Both the position numbers and the translations under genes were made by a program. From the IMG/VR virus record IMGVR_UViG_3300020042_004571, positions 1 to 31,496 of that record: a DNA stretch of 31,496 nucleotides; one strand, given 5' to 3'. This document shows, piece by piece, positions 19,616 through 28,182 of the stretch (position 1 is its first letter; the number at the start of each line of letters is the position of its first letter). Under the pieces are notes generated by a model. It saw nothing but the letters and a program-made list of their open reading frames with translations. It made no database searches and was not told the DNA's origin. Source of the DNA: a virus. Taxonomy: Duplodnaviria; Caudoviricetes.

Positions 19616-20506
19616 TTAGTAGCCGCGTTCTTTGAGCTCTCGCTCACGTTTCTTGGCTTCGTAGTTCCACAGTTCCGCTGGTGACATGTCGCCAAGTGTT
19701 TTAGGCGGCGGTGTCTGACCAGTTCGAGTTGTCGCGGCGGCAGCGAGACGTGCTCCGCGCTCTTGCTTGATGTCACCGGCTGATCGCGTTTGAGCTGCTG
19801 AAAATAAATCCAACATCTTAATTGCGTCTTTGGCGGCGGGGCTATCGGCTAAAGCTCTAGTCTCAGGCGTCTGCACAGTAAACCATTGCGCAAATTCGGT
19901 CGTGTTGATCGTATCGCGCCAGTTTTCGTACTTGCCTTCAATTCGTGCTTCTTCCATGAGGCGACCCATCTCAGCCTTGGTGTTAGCGACTTCCTGCTGT
20001 ACAAACTGAGCCACCGCTTCCGGTGACAAACTTTGTTGCTGAGAAGACACTCCAAGTTTTGATGCGACGTATTCCTCCATCGCCCCGGCCCATTCCGGGA
20101 AATCTTGCTTGAGCTGCTCCCACTTCTCTGGGTTCTTGGCGGCGCTGGCGATAGCTGTCTGCGTAGGCGCTTCTTGCATTGCTGCTTGACGTGCCTGCTG
20201 AGCTTCTCGTTGCATCGCTGCCACGCGACCCTCGGTCGTTTTGACATGGTGCAGCAGTTGAGCATTTGCCTGTGCTAATTCATCGATCTGTGCCAGTTTG
20301 GCGCGGACCGTTGGGGATAGCCCGGCTAGGGGATCTTCCGGCTGTTCCGGTTCAATTTGCGCTTGTTCGGGTTCAAGTTCCTGCGGCGTTTCCGGCGCAG
20401 CGGCTAAGGGCTCAGATGCGGACGTGTCACCGTCGGCAGCCAGCTTTGATGCCTCTTCATCCCATAAGTTTTGCGCTTCTTCCGAAGACAGTTGGTTTTC
20501 TTCCAC
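19616..20506 (-). CDS. Capsid scaffolding protein
   Basis: Acidic, Pro/Gln-rich N-terminus, coiled coil, basic C-terminal helix; directly upstream of the major capsid gene. Confidence 0.75.
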   Translation of the reverse strand: MEENQLSSEEAQNLWDEEASKLAADGDTSASEPLAAAPETPQELEPEQAQIEPEQPEDPLAGLSPTVRAKLAQIDELAQANAQLLHHVKTTEGRVAAMQREAQQARQAAMQEAPTQTAIASAAKNPEKWEQLKQDFPEWAGAMEEYVASKLGVSSQQQSLSPEAVAQFVQQEVANTKAEMGRLMEEARIEGKYENWRDTINTTEFAQWFTVQTPETRALADSPAAKDAIKMLDLFSAAQTRSAGDIKQERGARLAAAATTRTGQTPPPKTLGDMSPAELWNYEAKKRERELKERGY

Positions 20507-20519
20507 TTTTTGCTCTCCA

Positions 20520-20543
20520 AATAAAGGCCGTCTTTCAACGGCC
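20520..20543 (-). terminator. Terminator-like hairpin before the scaffold gene
   Basis: Minus strand GGCCGT-TGAAAG-ACGGCC-TTTATT. Confidence 0.5.
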
Positions 20544-20565
20544 CACTAAAAAGGCCAAGCGGGAT

Positions 20566-20766
20566 TTAATCCGGCTCGACCACCACACCCCGAGTTGCCG
20601 CATTGGGCAAGTCGAGAAATCTTTTTAGCATGCGTATCTCACCGCGCAACGCCGCTGTCTCAGTGTCGGAGAGGGCGACAGCGTCGTTCTTGGTTCTGGC
20701 TTGCTCAAGCTGAGCTTCTGCCCACTTGCGCAAAACATGCCATGTGCTTGATGAGTAATCAGTCAT
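20566..20766 (-). CDS. Small conserved head-module protein
   Basis: 66 aa, S-x-TW...LRGEIRMLKRFLDLP pattern typical of the gene between portal and scaffold. Confidence 0.72.
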   Translation of the reverse strand: MTDYSSSTWHVLRKWAEAQLEQARTKNDAVALSDTETAALRGEIRMLKRFLDLPNAATRGVVVEPD

Positions 20767-20768
20767 AG

Positions 20769-20792
20769 AAAAAGCCAGCTTGATGGCTGGCT
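20769..20792 (-). terminator. Intrinsic terminator in the leader of the head operon
   Basis: Minus strand AGCCAGC-CATCAA-GCTGGCT-TTTT. Confidence 0.65.
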
Positions 20793-20804
20793 TTGGTAAA
20801 TTTT

Positions 20805-20855
20805 GGGCGCACTTCGCCCAAAGAAATTTTATAACAGATCGTGGCGCTTATGCAA
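20805..20855 (-). promoter_or_regulatory. Late promoter with downstream GTGCGCCC element (copy 2)
   Basis: Minus strand TTGCAT (20855-20850), 18 nt, TAAAAT (20831-20826), 13 nt, GTGCGCCC (20812-20805) within hairpin TTTGGGCG-AAGTG-CGCCCAAA. Confidence 0.65.
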
Positions 20856-20874
20856 CAGTTATCTTTATTCATTT

Positions 20875-21666
20875 TTAGCGAACCATAACAGGTGTTTTTG
20901 TGCCGGGTTTTCCGTTGCCTTCAGCCTCAGCTTCGGCTTCAACCTGCGCTTCGGTCTTGGCCATGTTGCTGCGAACAAGTCCTTTGAGCCCGGTCTTTAG
21001 CCCGCTGCCACGGATCACTTCGCCAATAAGCCCTGCTTCTTGGCGCGCTAGTGATGGCCGGCCAGCTTGGGCAATTTGCGCTTTAGTTGGATCCGGCGCT
21101 TTCTTGTCAAACGTTTCCGTCCAATCACCCGGCTTTTCTAAAAAATTGCTTTCGTCGTACTCGATTGTGTACATCGTAGGGGCTTTGAGGCCTTCGCCTT
21201 GGTCGGCCCCTTCTTTTTGGTCAACTACGCGAACCTTACTGGCGTCAATGACCCTTTGTGTGTCATCGGGCCCGGCCACGTAAAAATACTCCGGCACTTT
21301 GTTGCCAGCTTCGTCAACGCCGCCCCCAGCCTTGTACACGTTGGTCATGGTCTTGGTCTGCTTGCCTGTTGGATTTTGCCTGACCATTGAGTACCCGGGG
21401 TTCTCGGCAATCTCGGTCATCCCAGCGTAGCCTGTTGGCGCAGCAGCGCTGCTTAGTTGGCCCGTTGTCTGATCGGCCGTATAGAACTGACCACTGGCTG
21501 GCCCAAGAGGATCGTATGCGCCGCCGTAAACATAGGGGTTTCCACTAGGGTCCCTCATGATGCTTGCGTTGTACTTATTCACGCCGCTGTTGTAGCTGCC
21601 CGCTCTTCGCTGATAGGCAGCCAAGGCACGCTGGTACGCGTCGACGTCTCTTGCAAGTACGGACAT
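20875..21666 (-). CDS. Hypothetical protein between portal and scaffold
   Basis: 263-aa ORF co-oriented and abutting its neighbours; no recognised family. Confidence 0.65.
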   Translation of the reverse strand: MSVLARDVDAYQRALAAYQRRAGSYNSGVNKYNASIMRDPSGNPYVYGGAYDPLGPASGQFYTADQTTGQLSSAAAPTGYAGMTEIAENPGYSMVRQNPTGKQTKTMTNVYKAGGGVDEAGNKVPEYFYVAGPDDTQRVIDASKVRVVDQKEGADQGEGLKAPTMYTIEYDESNFLEKPGDWTETFDKKAPDPTKAQIAQAGRPSLARQEAGLIGEVIRGSGLKTGLKGLVRSNMAKTEAQVEAEAEAEGNGKPGTKTPVMVR

Positions 21667-21669
21667 AAT

Positions 21670-22536
21670 TTACGTAGCAAACGGGTTTTTAACACCGCCG
21701 GGCATAAGGACGTTTGGATTCATGTTAAACAACTGGGCGTTCTGATTGGCAATTAAGCCGCCGGGGTTGGCGTTGCCAATGGCCGTATTGCCAGCCGTAG
21801 TGGTGCCCCCCGCCGTGTTGCCCGTGCCCATGGTGTCCGCTCCGGTAATCAAAGACGCAGGTTTGCTGCGGGTATAGTTGGTTACGCCAGCGGCAATCGC
21901 TGCCGCGGCTGAGCTGTACATCTTGCCATCAGGCCCGTAAACTGGGCCAGTCGTGCCAGCAGCCGTGGTGCTTGTGTCAATGTTGGTGCCGCCTGTGTCT
22001 ACCACTGTGCCGCCCTGAGTGGTGCCCTGAGTGCCGCCAGTGCCGGTGTTCTTTCTGGCCAAAGTATCGTAGGCTTTTTGCAAAGCTGTTAGTTGGTTAT
22101 TCAACGCCGTGTAGTTGGTGTTCAACGTAGAGTATTGATTATTCAACGCGTTAATTTTTCTGTTGAACGGGTTGTTCTCGTCAGCTAGTTGCGCTTGCTC
22201 GTAGTAATTATTTGAGTACTCATCAAGACCGGAAAGGCTTGCATCAAGGCCACGGTCAATCAAATCTTTTTTAACGTTGCTGCCGGGGGCGTAAGAGGTA
22301 CTGCCTACGCCTGATTTAGCAATGTCGGGCCCGTACTTCAAAATGTTTGCGTTAGACGGTTTGCCTGTTTCGTAACCCGCTGCTTTTAAAGCCTCGGTAG
22401 CTTCGTACGTTTCACCTTCATTAAAACCAGCTGCCTTCAAAGCCGCGTTGTATTCTGATGTTGGTACGCCCGTCAGCATGCTCCGCTGCATAACGTCATT
22501 GAGTTTTGATAAAGCATCATTTGCTTTGGTAGCCAT
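21670..22536 (-). CDS. Hypothetical protein with coiled coil and Gly/Thr-rich tail
   Basis: 288 aa, AGGAG RBS, heptads INALNNQYSTLNTNYTALNNQLTALQKAY. Confidence 0.68.
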   Translation of the reverse strand: MATKANDALSKLNDVMQRSMLTGVPTSEYNAALKAAGFNEGETYEATEALKAAGYETGKPSNANILKYGPDIAKSGVGSTSYAPGSNVKKDLIDRGLDASLSGLDEYSNNYYEQAQLADENNPFNRKINALNNQYSTLNTNYTALNNQLTALQKAYDTLARKNTGTGGTQGTTQGGTVVDTGGTNIDTSTTAAGTTGPVYGPDGKMYSSAAAAIAAGVTNYTRSKPASLITGADTMGTGNTAGGTTTAGNTAIGNANPGGLIANQNAQLFNMNPNVLMPGGVKNPFAT

Positions 22537-22548
22537 GATTGATTCTCC

Positions 22549-24777
22549 TTAAATTCCTGAGCCAGTCTTTAAAGCCAGTTCGCGTTCAGCAGCAAACAAC
22601 TCCTTACGGCTGCGCTCCTTCATAGCGGTGTCGGCCAGTTGGGCCTTGATTTTTTCAAGGCTGATGTTTTGTGAGTTAGACAGCTTTAACATCTCAATCT
22701 CGCGTGTCATCTCCAGTTGCATGATTTGCAGGTCGGCCTCTTGCGCAGCGATCTGCTGGCGCACCTGTAGCTCTTGCAAGTCGCCTTGATTTTGCAATTG
22801 GACTTTCTGCATCTCGGCCTGCGCGCGGACTTGGGCCACAGCCATGGCTGGGTCTGGCGCTGGGCCCTGAGCGGCTGCCTGCTTCTGGGCTTCCTTGATC
22901 TGCTCGATCTCTTCCTCCGGTTTGAACACTTCGGCTGGGTCAATGTGCTGGGCCTGCAAGGCTTTCTCAAACAGCTTCTGCGTGTCGAGGTACATGCCGT
23001 AGACCGGGTTAGCTCCAGCTGCAAGCAAGTTCAAGAATGATTGGTTTTGGATGTCACGGACCACCAAGGCGCTTGAGCCGCGGGCGTCGATTGTGAAGTC
23101 GCCCTTGATCTCTTCGTCCTCGTTGTACATCATGTTGTAGTCGTAGTAACGGCGGATATGGGGCTTGGTGACCATGTCATCAAACTGTTTGACGAGCCTG
23201 CGCAAAACCACGTTGGCGCTGGTCATCAACATTTGCATGCCACCGACAGTGTCTGGCGCTGCTCCCTTTTCGCCCTGCATGATAGTAGGCACGCCGGTCT
23301 CAGCGTCTGCCAGCTCGGTGGCCATCTTGATGATGCCAGCCAGCTCAGCTTGGTGTGAATTAAATTCAAAGGTCGAGAACGCCTTGCGCACGTCGTCGAT
23401 GTCGTCGGTTGCATACCAGATCTTGCGGGCAGATAGTTGCCACTGCTTGTCCGCTGGCTGGATGGCCCCGGGCTTAATGACGATCTGTGGGCCGCTGGAC
23501 ACACCAGCGTTGTCCATCATCTGGCGCCATGCAGCGTTCAAAACCTTTTGCTGCGAACGCATGAGGTACGGGATGCCGTAGCCCCACATTGAACCTGCAA
23601 CCTTTTCCCAGACGTAGAAGTCGTAGGGTATGTCGCCGCCTTCCAGTGGGTTCAGGAACGCCTTGACCACTGTGTTGTTGATCATGACGACGCACGCGCT
23701 GATGCTGCGCAGCTCGTCCTTCTCACCCACGGATACTCCCGCAGACTCAAGGTCGTCGTGATCTACTTCGCCCCAATAGGTCCACATCTCGTAAGTCAAG
23801 CGGGCCATGTCGCGCTGGTCTTCGTCGGTCATCTCGCGCAGTGTGGCGGACTGTTTAGGCCCCTCTTCCAACACTTTGCGCAGCTGGTCTTTCATGAAGC
23901 CGGGCTGCTTGGCAAGGTCGCGGATCTGTTTGGCCGTGACCTGTTCGCGCTCGTAGATGCCTTTGCCGTTGTGAATGTTTTCGCCGCAGCCGGGATCTGG
24001 CCAGACGTTGCGCGGGTCAACGCGGAACGAAGCAGGGCTGATCTCTTGCACGATCTCGATCTGATGGACCGTCTGGCCCATGCTGTCTGTCATCGGCTGC
24101 CACGCCTTGCGTGTGCGATTGGTGACGATCGGACCCTTGACCACGCCAGTGCCAAGCACAGCGGCGTCGTGGATCATTTTGCGCAACTCACCGTTGTAGT
24201 TGCATTCGACCAATTGATCTTCGATCTCGGTCTGCATAGCCTCGGCTTTTTTGTTGGCTATCTCAAGCACAGCTTTAACAACGTCACGCACGCGGGCGGG
24301 CTGCCCGTTCTCGTCCATAACTGGCTGGCCTTGTTGGTCCATGGCTGCTTTGTTGTCTTTGCTCAGACCCATCAACTCTGGGTCCGGCGTGGGCTGTATG
24401 CCCCAATTGCGGTCGTCGGTCGGCAGCAAAATGTCTGCGAGGCGGGCCTCGGCAGCATTGGTCTTTTGACGCGTCATGCCGATGAACACCGTCGAGCGGT
24501 GGGGCTTGGCCATCTGCGTGGTCACAGGATAGCCCTGCTCCACGCTGGTCATCATCTGACTGGCCGCCTTGGCGATGTTGTCCTTGCCGTTGTACTGGTC
24601 CTCGTCTTCAATCCAACGTTTGTCGACGCCGTAAGAGCCGCGCGAACGAATCCATTCGTCACGCTGACCACCAAGCGAAGAGCCGAAAGATTGCAGCTTC
24701 TCCGCCTTCTTGCGCATTAGCTCTTCCGGGTCTTCGTACTCGACCTCAACGTCGATTTGTTGTGGTTGGATTTGCAT
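22549..24777 (-). CDS. Portal protein (podovirus type with long C-terminal Gln-rich barrel)
   Basis: 742 aa after TerL; LGTGVVKGP, WGYGIP...SQQKVLN and C-terminal coiled coil. Confidence 0.88.
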   Translation of the reverse strand: MQIQPQQIDVEVEYEDPEELMRKKAEKLQSFGSSLGGQRDEWIRSRGSYGVDKRWIEDEDQYNGKDNIAKAASQMMTSVEQGYPVTTQMAKPHRSTVFIGMTRQKTNAAEARLADILLPTDDRNWGIQPTPDPELMGLSKDNKAAMDQQGQPVMDENGQPARVRDVVKAVLEIANKKAEAMQTEIEDQLVECNYNGELRKMIHDAAVLGTGVVKGPIVTNRTRKAWQPMTDSMGQTVHQIEIVQEISPASFRVDPRNVWPDPGCGENIHNGKGIYEREQVTAKQIRDLAKQPGFMKDQLRKVLEEGPKQSATLREMTDEDQRDMARLTYEMWTYWGEVDHDDLESAGVSVGEKDELRSISACVVMINNTVVKAFLNPLEGGDIPYDFYVWEKVAGSMWGYGIPYLMRSQQKVLNAAWRQMMDNAGVSSGPQIVIKPGAIQPADKQWQLSARKIWYATDDIDDVRKAFSTFEFNSHQAELAGIIKMATELADAETGVPTIMQGEKGAAPDTVGGMQMLMTSANVVLRRLVKQFDDMVTKPHIRRYYDYNMMYNEDEEIKGDFTIDARGSSALVVRDIQNQSFLNLLAAGANPVYGMYLDTQKLFEKALQAQHIDPAEVFKPEEEIEQIKEAQKQAAAQGPAPDPAMAVAQVRAQAEMQKVQLQNQGDLQELQVRQQIAAQEADLQIMQLEMTREIEMLKLSNSQNISLEKIKAQLADTAMKERSRKELFAAERELALKTGSGI

Positions 24778-24794
24778 GGGGTTCAGTCCTCAGC

Positions 24795-25160
24795 TTAGTA
24801 AGGTGCTTTGGCGTAGCGTGCGTGGATAGCCAAAGTGCAGTCAATCGCAACGCTTGTGCCGCTGGTGACTGCGGGGCGAACCCACGCTGGGTTTTCGTTA
24901 GCGGTGTGAACTGCGGCTGCTGTGAAAGCCATGTTGGTGGTGCCGCTTCGCTGGGTCAGGGGATGCCAATTGGTGTTGTCGTTGGAGCCTTGCCACGTAA
25001 CCGTGCCGCCGCCGAAGGTGCCGGACACTTGGCCGGTCAGGTCAGCTGCATAGGCGATAGGCACGCCCGCGCCCACGTCATTGGTAGCCAAGTCAGCCCA
25101 TGAGGCAAGGACCACGCCGGGGACTGAATTTCGATCGATTGTTGCTGTGATAGTAGCCAT
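24795..25160 (-). CDS. Small beta-rich structural-type protein
   Basis: 121 aa, GTFGGGTVTWQGSNDNTNW motif; between TerL and portal. Confidence 0.65.
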   Translation of the reverse strand: MATITATIDRNSVPGVVLASWADLATNDVGAGVPIAYAADLTGQVSGTFGGGTVTWQGSNDNTNWHPLTQRSGTTNMAFTAAAVHTANENPAWVRPAVTSGTSVAIDCTLAIHARYAKAPY

Positions 25161-25184
25161 GAAAGTTTCCTCTGTTAAGGTTAA

Positions 25185-26654
25185 TCAATACCCGGTGACC
25201 GGGTCGAATACGTTGAACTCAAGCGTCGGGGCCATGCGGCTAGAACGCATGCGGCCTTCGGCCTCTTCTTGTGTCTTGGCAAAGCGCCGCATCATCATGG
25301 CGTATCGCGTTGCAGACATCAAGTCATCGCTGATTTTAACGACCATACCGTCTTTGCGGTGGTATAGCCTGAATTCTTCAAACCAGTCTTCCAAATGCGA
25401 GAACACGCGCAAGCGCATGGTCTGCATGCGTGTCAGCATCTCGGACAGGCCGGCCTCAACGCCGTTGCTGCCGTCCTCGAACGTGGCCCGATTGGGCATC
25501 ATGTTTAAGCCTTGGTCCTTGTACTGCTTGGCCAGCTGTTCACCAGAACCGCCCTTGTCGCGCTGCAAGCCATCATGGGGCCAAGCCATTGGCACCCACT
25601 CGCCGCGCGCTCGTACGGCCATTGAGTGGCCGGCAATGCCCGGTTCGCTGCGTCTGTAGCAGTCGGTCACGTAGAGCGTGTCGCTGTCCTTGTCCCAAGC
25701 CATCCACACAACGGCGGTAGGGTGATCGACACCGAAGTCAATCGCCGCAATGCGCGCCCAATGTGGCGGGATCGGGAAGGCCCGGATCTTGATCGCCTCC
25801 TCGACCACAGGAAACACACGGCCAGATCCCAAAATGGGAATGCCCTTGGCCCGTGCTTCGCGTTCGTGCTCAGGATAGCTGGCAATGATCGCTGCAGCCT
25901 GCTCGGGCGTGTAGTGCTCGGCGTCGCTGATCGTCATGTTGGTCACGTTGGACCCAGCTGGTTTCTCCAGCAAGAACCGCTTGACCACTTCGGACATACC
26001 GAGCAACGGCGTAAAGGTCACGAAGACCTGACCGGCTGTTGCCTGCGTACGTGTCAAGCCCTCAGAATAAATTGGCAGCGGTGGCTCTTCGTCGAACCAC
26101 ACCAGATCCACAGTGTCGGCCTGCCACTTGGTGCGGCCTTGGTCGTAGCTGTTGAACTGGATCACGCTGTCTTCGCCGCATTCGTGGCGGACCACAATGC
26201 TTGAGACTGCATCGGGCACGCCCTGCTTCATGCTGGTGTCGCGCACACAGTCAAACGGAATGGCGCCCGTGCCCCACTCTTCGCGCATCTCTGGGGGCCC
26301 GAGCAGCAAGCGCTGAATACCCTTGCGGGTCAGCTCAGCCGATTCGGATCCAACCATGCACCGAATGGCGTAGTTGTATCGCTTGCCCTTCCACCATGAT
26401 GGGTAGCGGCCCGTTGCGTGCATCGCGACCTCGAAGGCCCCGGCCCACGTCTTGCCAAGCTGGTTGCCTGCCATGAACAATCGTTCGCGGAAGTCAGCGC
26501 CAGCATTGTGAAATTCGATTTGCTTCTTGTATGGCGCATAGGTCAACAAGCGGTTGCGCTTGGCCCTGATGTCCTTTAGGCGCAGCAGCTCGTACAGCTC
26601 GCGCTTTTCGTCCTCGTCCAGCAGCGTAGTGTCGATGCGGTCGAGCTGGATCAT
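25185..26654 (-). CDS. terL: Terminase large subunit (P22 gp2-like)
   Basis: Walker A MAGNQLGKT, Walker B LVWFDEEPP, motif III TFTP, nuclease IDFGVDHP, WPHDG and DDLMSATRYA. Confidence 0.95.
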   Translation of the reverse strand: MIQLDRIDTTLLDEDEKRELYELLRLKDIRAKRNRLLTYAPYKKQIEFHNAGADFRERLFMAGNQLGKTWAGAFEVAMHATGRYPSWWKGKRYNYAIRCMVGSESAELTRKGIQRLLLGPPEMREEWGTGAIPFDCVRDTSMKQGVPDAVSSIVVRHECGEDSVIQFNSYDQGRTKWQADTVDLVWFDEEPPLPIYSEGLTRTQATAGQVFVTFTPLLGMSEVVKRFLLEKPAGSNVTNMTISDAEHYTPEQAAAIIASYPEHEREARAKGIPILGSGRVFPVVEEAIKIRAFPIPPHWARIAAIDFGVDHPTAVVWMAWDKDSDTLYVTDCYRRSEPGIAGHSMAVRARGEWVPMAWPHDGLQRDKGGSGEQLAKQYKDQGLNMMPNRATFEDGSNGVEAGLSEMLTRMQTMRLRVFSHLEDWFEEFRLYHRKDGMVVKISDDLMSATRYAMMMRRFAKTQEEAEGRMRSSRMAPTLEFNVFDPVTGY

Positions 26655-27115
26655 CTTGCCGCCTTTGCAAGTAGCATGTTCAACCGATTGTCCAGCTGCT
26701 CACTGGTCAGGTCCAGCGTGCCGGACATCTTGACCTCAATGCTTTTCAGCTTTGGTTGCGTGTATTGCAGAAACTCATTGAGCGTTCGCATGCGCGTGTC
26801 AACGTCAAGCAGCGGCACCATGACCGCCTTGCCTTCGTTGTCCAACACCTGATGGCCGCCGCGCATCATTGGGATCGTGGCCTTCAAGGCCTTGGCGATC
26901 TCAACGGCCGGATCGAGCCCCTCTTCAATGCAGGCTTCTGCAACAGCGCGAAGGTTGATGCGGTGCGGCGCGCTGCTCGTGCTGGCGCTCTTGCTCACTG
27001 GGTGAGCACGGCCAGTCTTGGCCGATGTCGGAAACGCCAGATCGTCCATGGTCGCCAGCTTTGGTGGCGCCCCGGCTAAGTCGGCGTTGCGACTTGGATT
27101 TCGTTTACTTGCCAT
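26651..27115 (-). CDS. terS: Terminase small subunit (probable)
   Basis: 154 aa overlapping the TerL start (ATGA); QYTQPKLKSIE motif and C-terminal LTSEQLDNRL helix. Confidence 0.65.
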   Translation of the reverse strand: MASKRNPSRNADLAGAPPKLATMDDLAFPTSAKTGRAHPVSKSASTSSAPHRINLRAVAEACIEEGLDPAVEIAKALKATIPMMRGGHQVLDNEGKAVMVPLLDVDTRMRTLNEFLQYTQPKLKSIEVKMSGTLDLTSEQLDNRLNMLLAKAAR

Positions 27116-27425
27116 TCTTCATTGCTCCCCGCACAAGGCCTTCGTTGCGCGCGCTGATCGCTTTGGCCTTTGCCTTGGCGTCAGCTTTGCTGCTGGCACC
27201 CCAAGCATTGAGACTGAGCAGCAAGCGCGTTGGCTCACCGTTCTTGCGTTCAGGGCCGGGCATATTGCCCATGCGCGCCAAGAAGGAAGCGCGGCGAGGA
27301 TTGTCGCCGGCTTTGACTGGAGCTTTGAGGTTCATCCCCTCAGCCTTTGCGCTAGCGCGGCCCTTCTCGTTCAAACCGCCCGAGGGAGACTTGCCTTCTT
27401 TGCGCTGCCAAGCGGGGCTCTTCAC
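27105..27425 (-). CDS. Basic hypothetical phage protein (DUF6321-like)
   Basis: AWQRKEGKSPSGGLNEKGRAS...RRASFLARM...LSLNAW resembles a recurring aquatic-phage family; assignment from memory. Confidence 0.7.
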   Translation of the reverse strand: MKSPAWQRKEGKSPSGGLNEKGRASAKAEGMNLKAPVKAGDNPRRASFLARMGNMPGPERKNGEPTRLLLSLNAWGASSKADAKAKAKAISARNEGLVRGAMKNGK

Positions 27426-27601
27426 TTCATGGCCCCTCGGATGATGCCAGCCTTGGCCGGCTTCGCCGTCTTGGCCGACTCGTCAAAGTCGGCCTTGGTA
27501 GGTGCGCCCTTGTCGCCGGGCTGGCGCATGCGCTCACCCGAGCCAGAGGCTATGCGAGCCCTCTTGGCTTGGATGTTGGCGTACAAACCGGGCTTGGCCA
27601 T
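27422..27601 (-). CDS. Small basic protein (GLYANI type)
   Basis: Not in the track (59 aa): MAKPGLYANIQAKRARIASGSGERMRQPGDKGAPTKADFDESAKTAKPAKAGIIRGAMK; overlaps both neighbours at start and stop codons. Confidence 0.8.
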   Translation of the reverse strand: MAKPGLYANIQAKRARIASGSGERMRQPGDKGAPTKADFDESAKTAKPAKAGIIRGAMK

Positions 27602-27855
27602 TAGATCATTCCGTTGATGATGCCGTTGTTGAAGCCAACGGGTGCCTTGACCGCGCCGCCTTCTTTCTTGAACGCGGGCTGCGTGGTGTTGGTGCCGGGC
27701 ATTGGCACAGACACTTTGCCGGGGATCTCGCCAGCGCCTTGCGTCTGGTTGCCGCCACCGCCAATAGCAGCGCCGGGCATCTTGGCCGCGTTGCCTGTCA
27801 TGCCGCCTGCTGCGCGCATTTTGTTACGTGATTCTGGGTTTGAGTAGTCTTGCAT
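27601..27855 (-). CDS. Small Gly-rich, probably disordered protein
   Basis: 84 aa with AGGAG RBS. Confidence 0.7.
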   Translation of the reverse strand: MQDYSNPESRNKMRAAGGMTGNAAKMPGAAIGGGGNQTQGAGEIPGKVSVPMPGTNTTQPAFKKEGGAVKAPVGFNNGIINGMI

Positions 27856-27871
27856 GTGTAGCTCCTTGAGG

Positions 27872-28114
27872 TTAGGCCATCAGGCCCGGTTGGGGTTTGC
27901 GGCTGGCCGCTTCTTCGTTCCACATCTGGCCGTACTCCTCGGGGCCTTCCATGGTTTGCTCTTGCGAACCTTCGCCGGCTTCTTCAGCCAGCATATTGTC
28001 CACGTATTCACGACACTCGGCGATGCTCTCGCACATGTAAGGCTCACCGCCTTCGCTGCTTGAAACCATGACCGTGCCGTCATCAGCCAGTTCGATAGTA
28101 ATTGTCTTGGCCAT
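27872..28114 (-). CDS. Small acidic protein, first gene of the late operon
   Basis: Start reassigned to ATG 28114 (MAKTITIELADDG, GGAG RBS); the longer track version runs through promoter and leader. Confidence 0.7.
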   Translation of the reverse strand: MAKTITIELADDGTVMVSSSEGGEPYMCESIAECREYVDNMLAEEAGEGSQEQTMEGPEEYGQMWNEEAASRKPQPGLMA

Positions 28115-28131
28115 GAGGGCTCCAAATGTGC

Positions 28132-28156
28132 AAAAAGCCGTGCAAATTGACGGCTC
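28132..28156 (-). terminator. Intrinsic terminator in the leader of the packaging operon
   Basis: Minus strand AGCCGT-CAATTTGC-ACGGCT-TTTT. Confidence 0.6.
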
Positions 28157-28182
28157 TTCTTGGGGTCTGTTCGCCTTTAAGC

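Noticed and set aside
19591-19776. Alternative-frame ORF overlapping the scaffold C-terminus (possible frameshift extension)
   Set aside because: No clear slippery heptamer or RBS; the scaffold ends with a normal-looking helix.
23758-24720. 320-aa plus-strand ORF and many other plus-strand ORFs across 240-28298
   Set aside because: They lie antisense to well-supported genes, lack RBSs or motifs, and are explained by codon bias on the coding strand.
27502-27509. Another GTGCGCCC
   Set aside because: Opposite orientation, inside a coding sequence, with no promoter context; likely chance.
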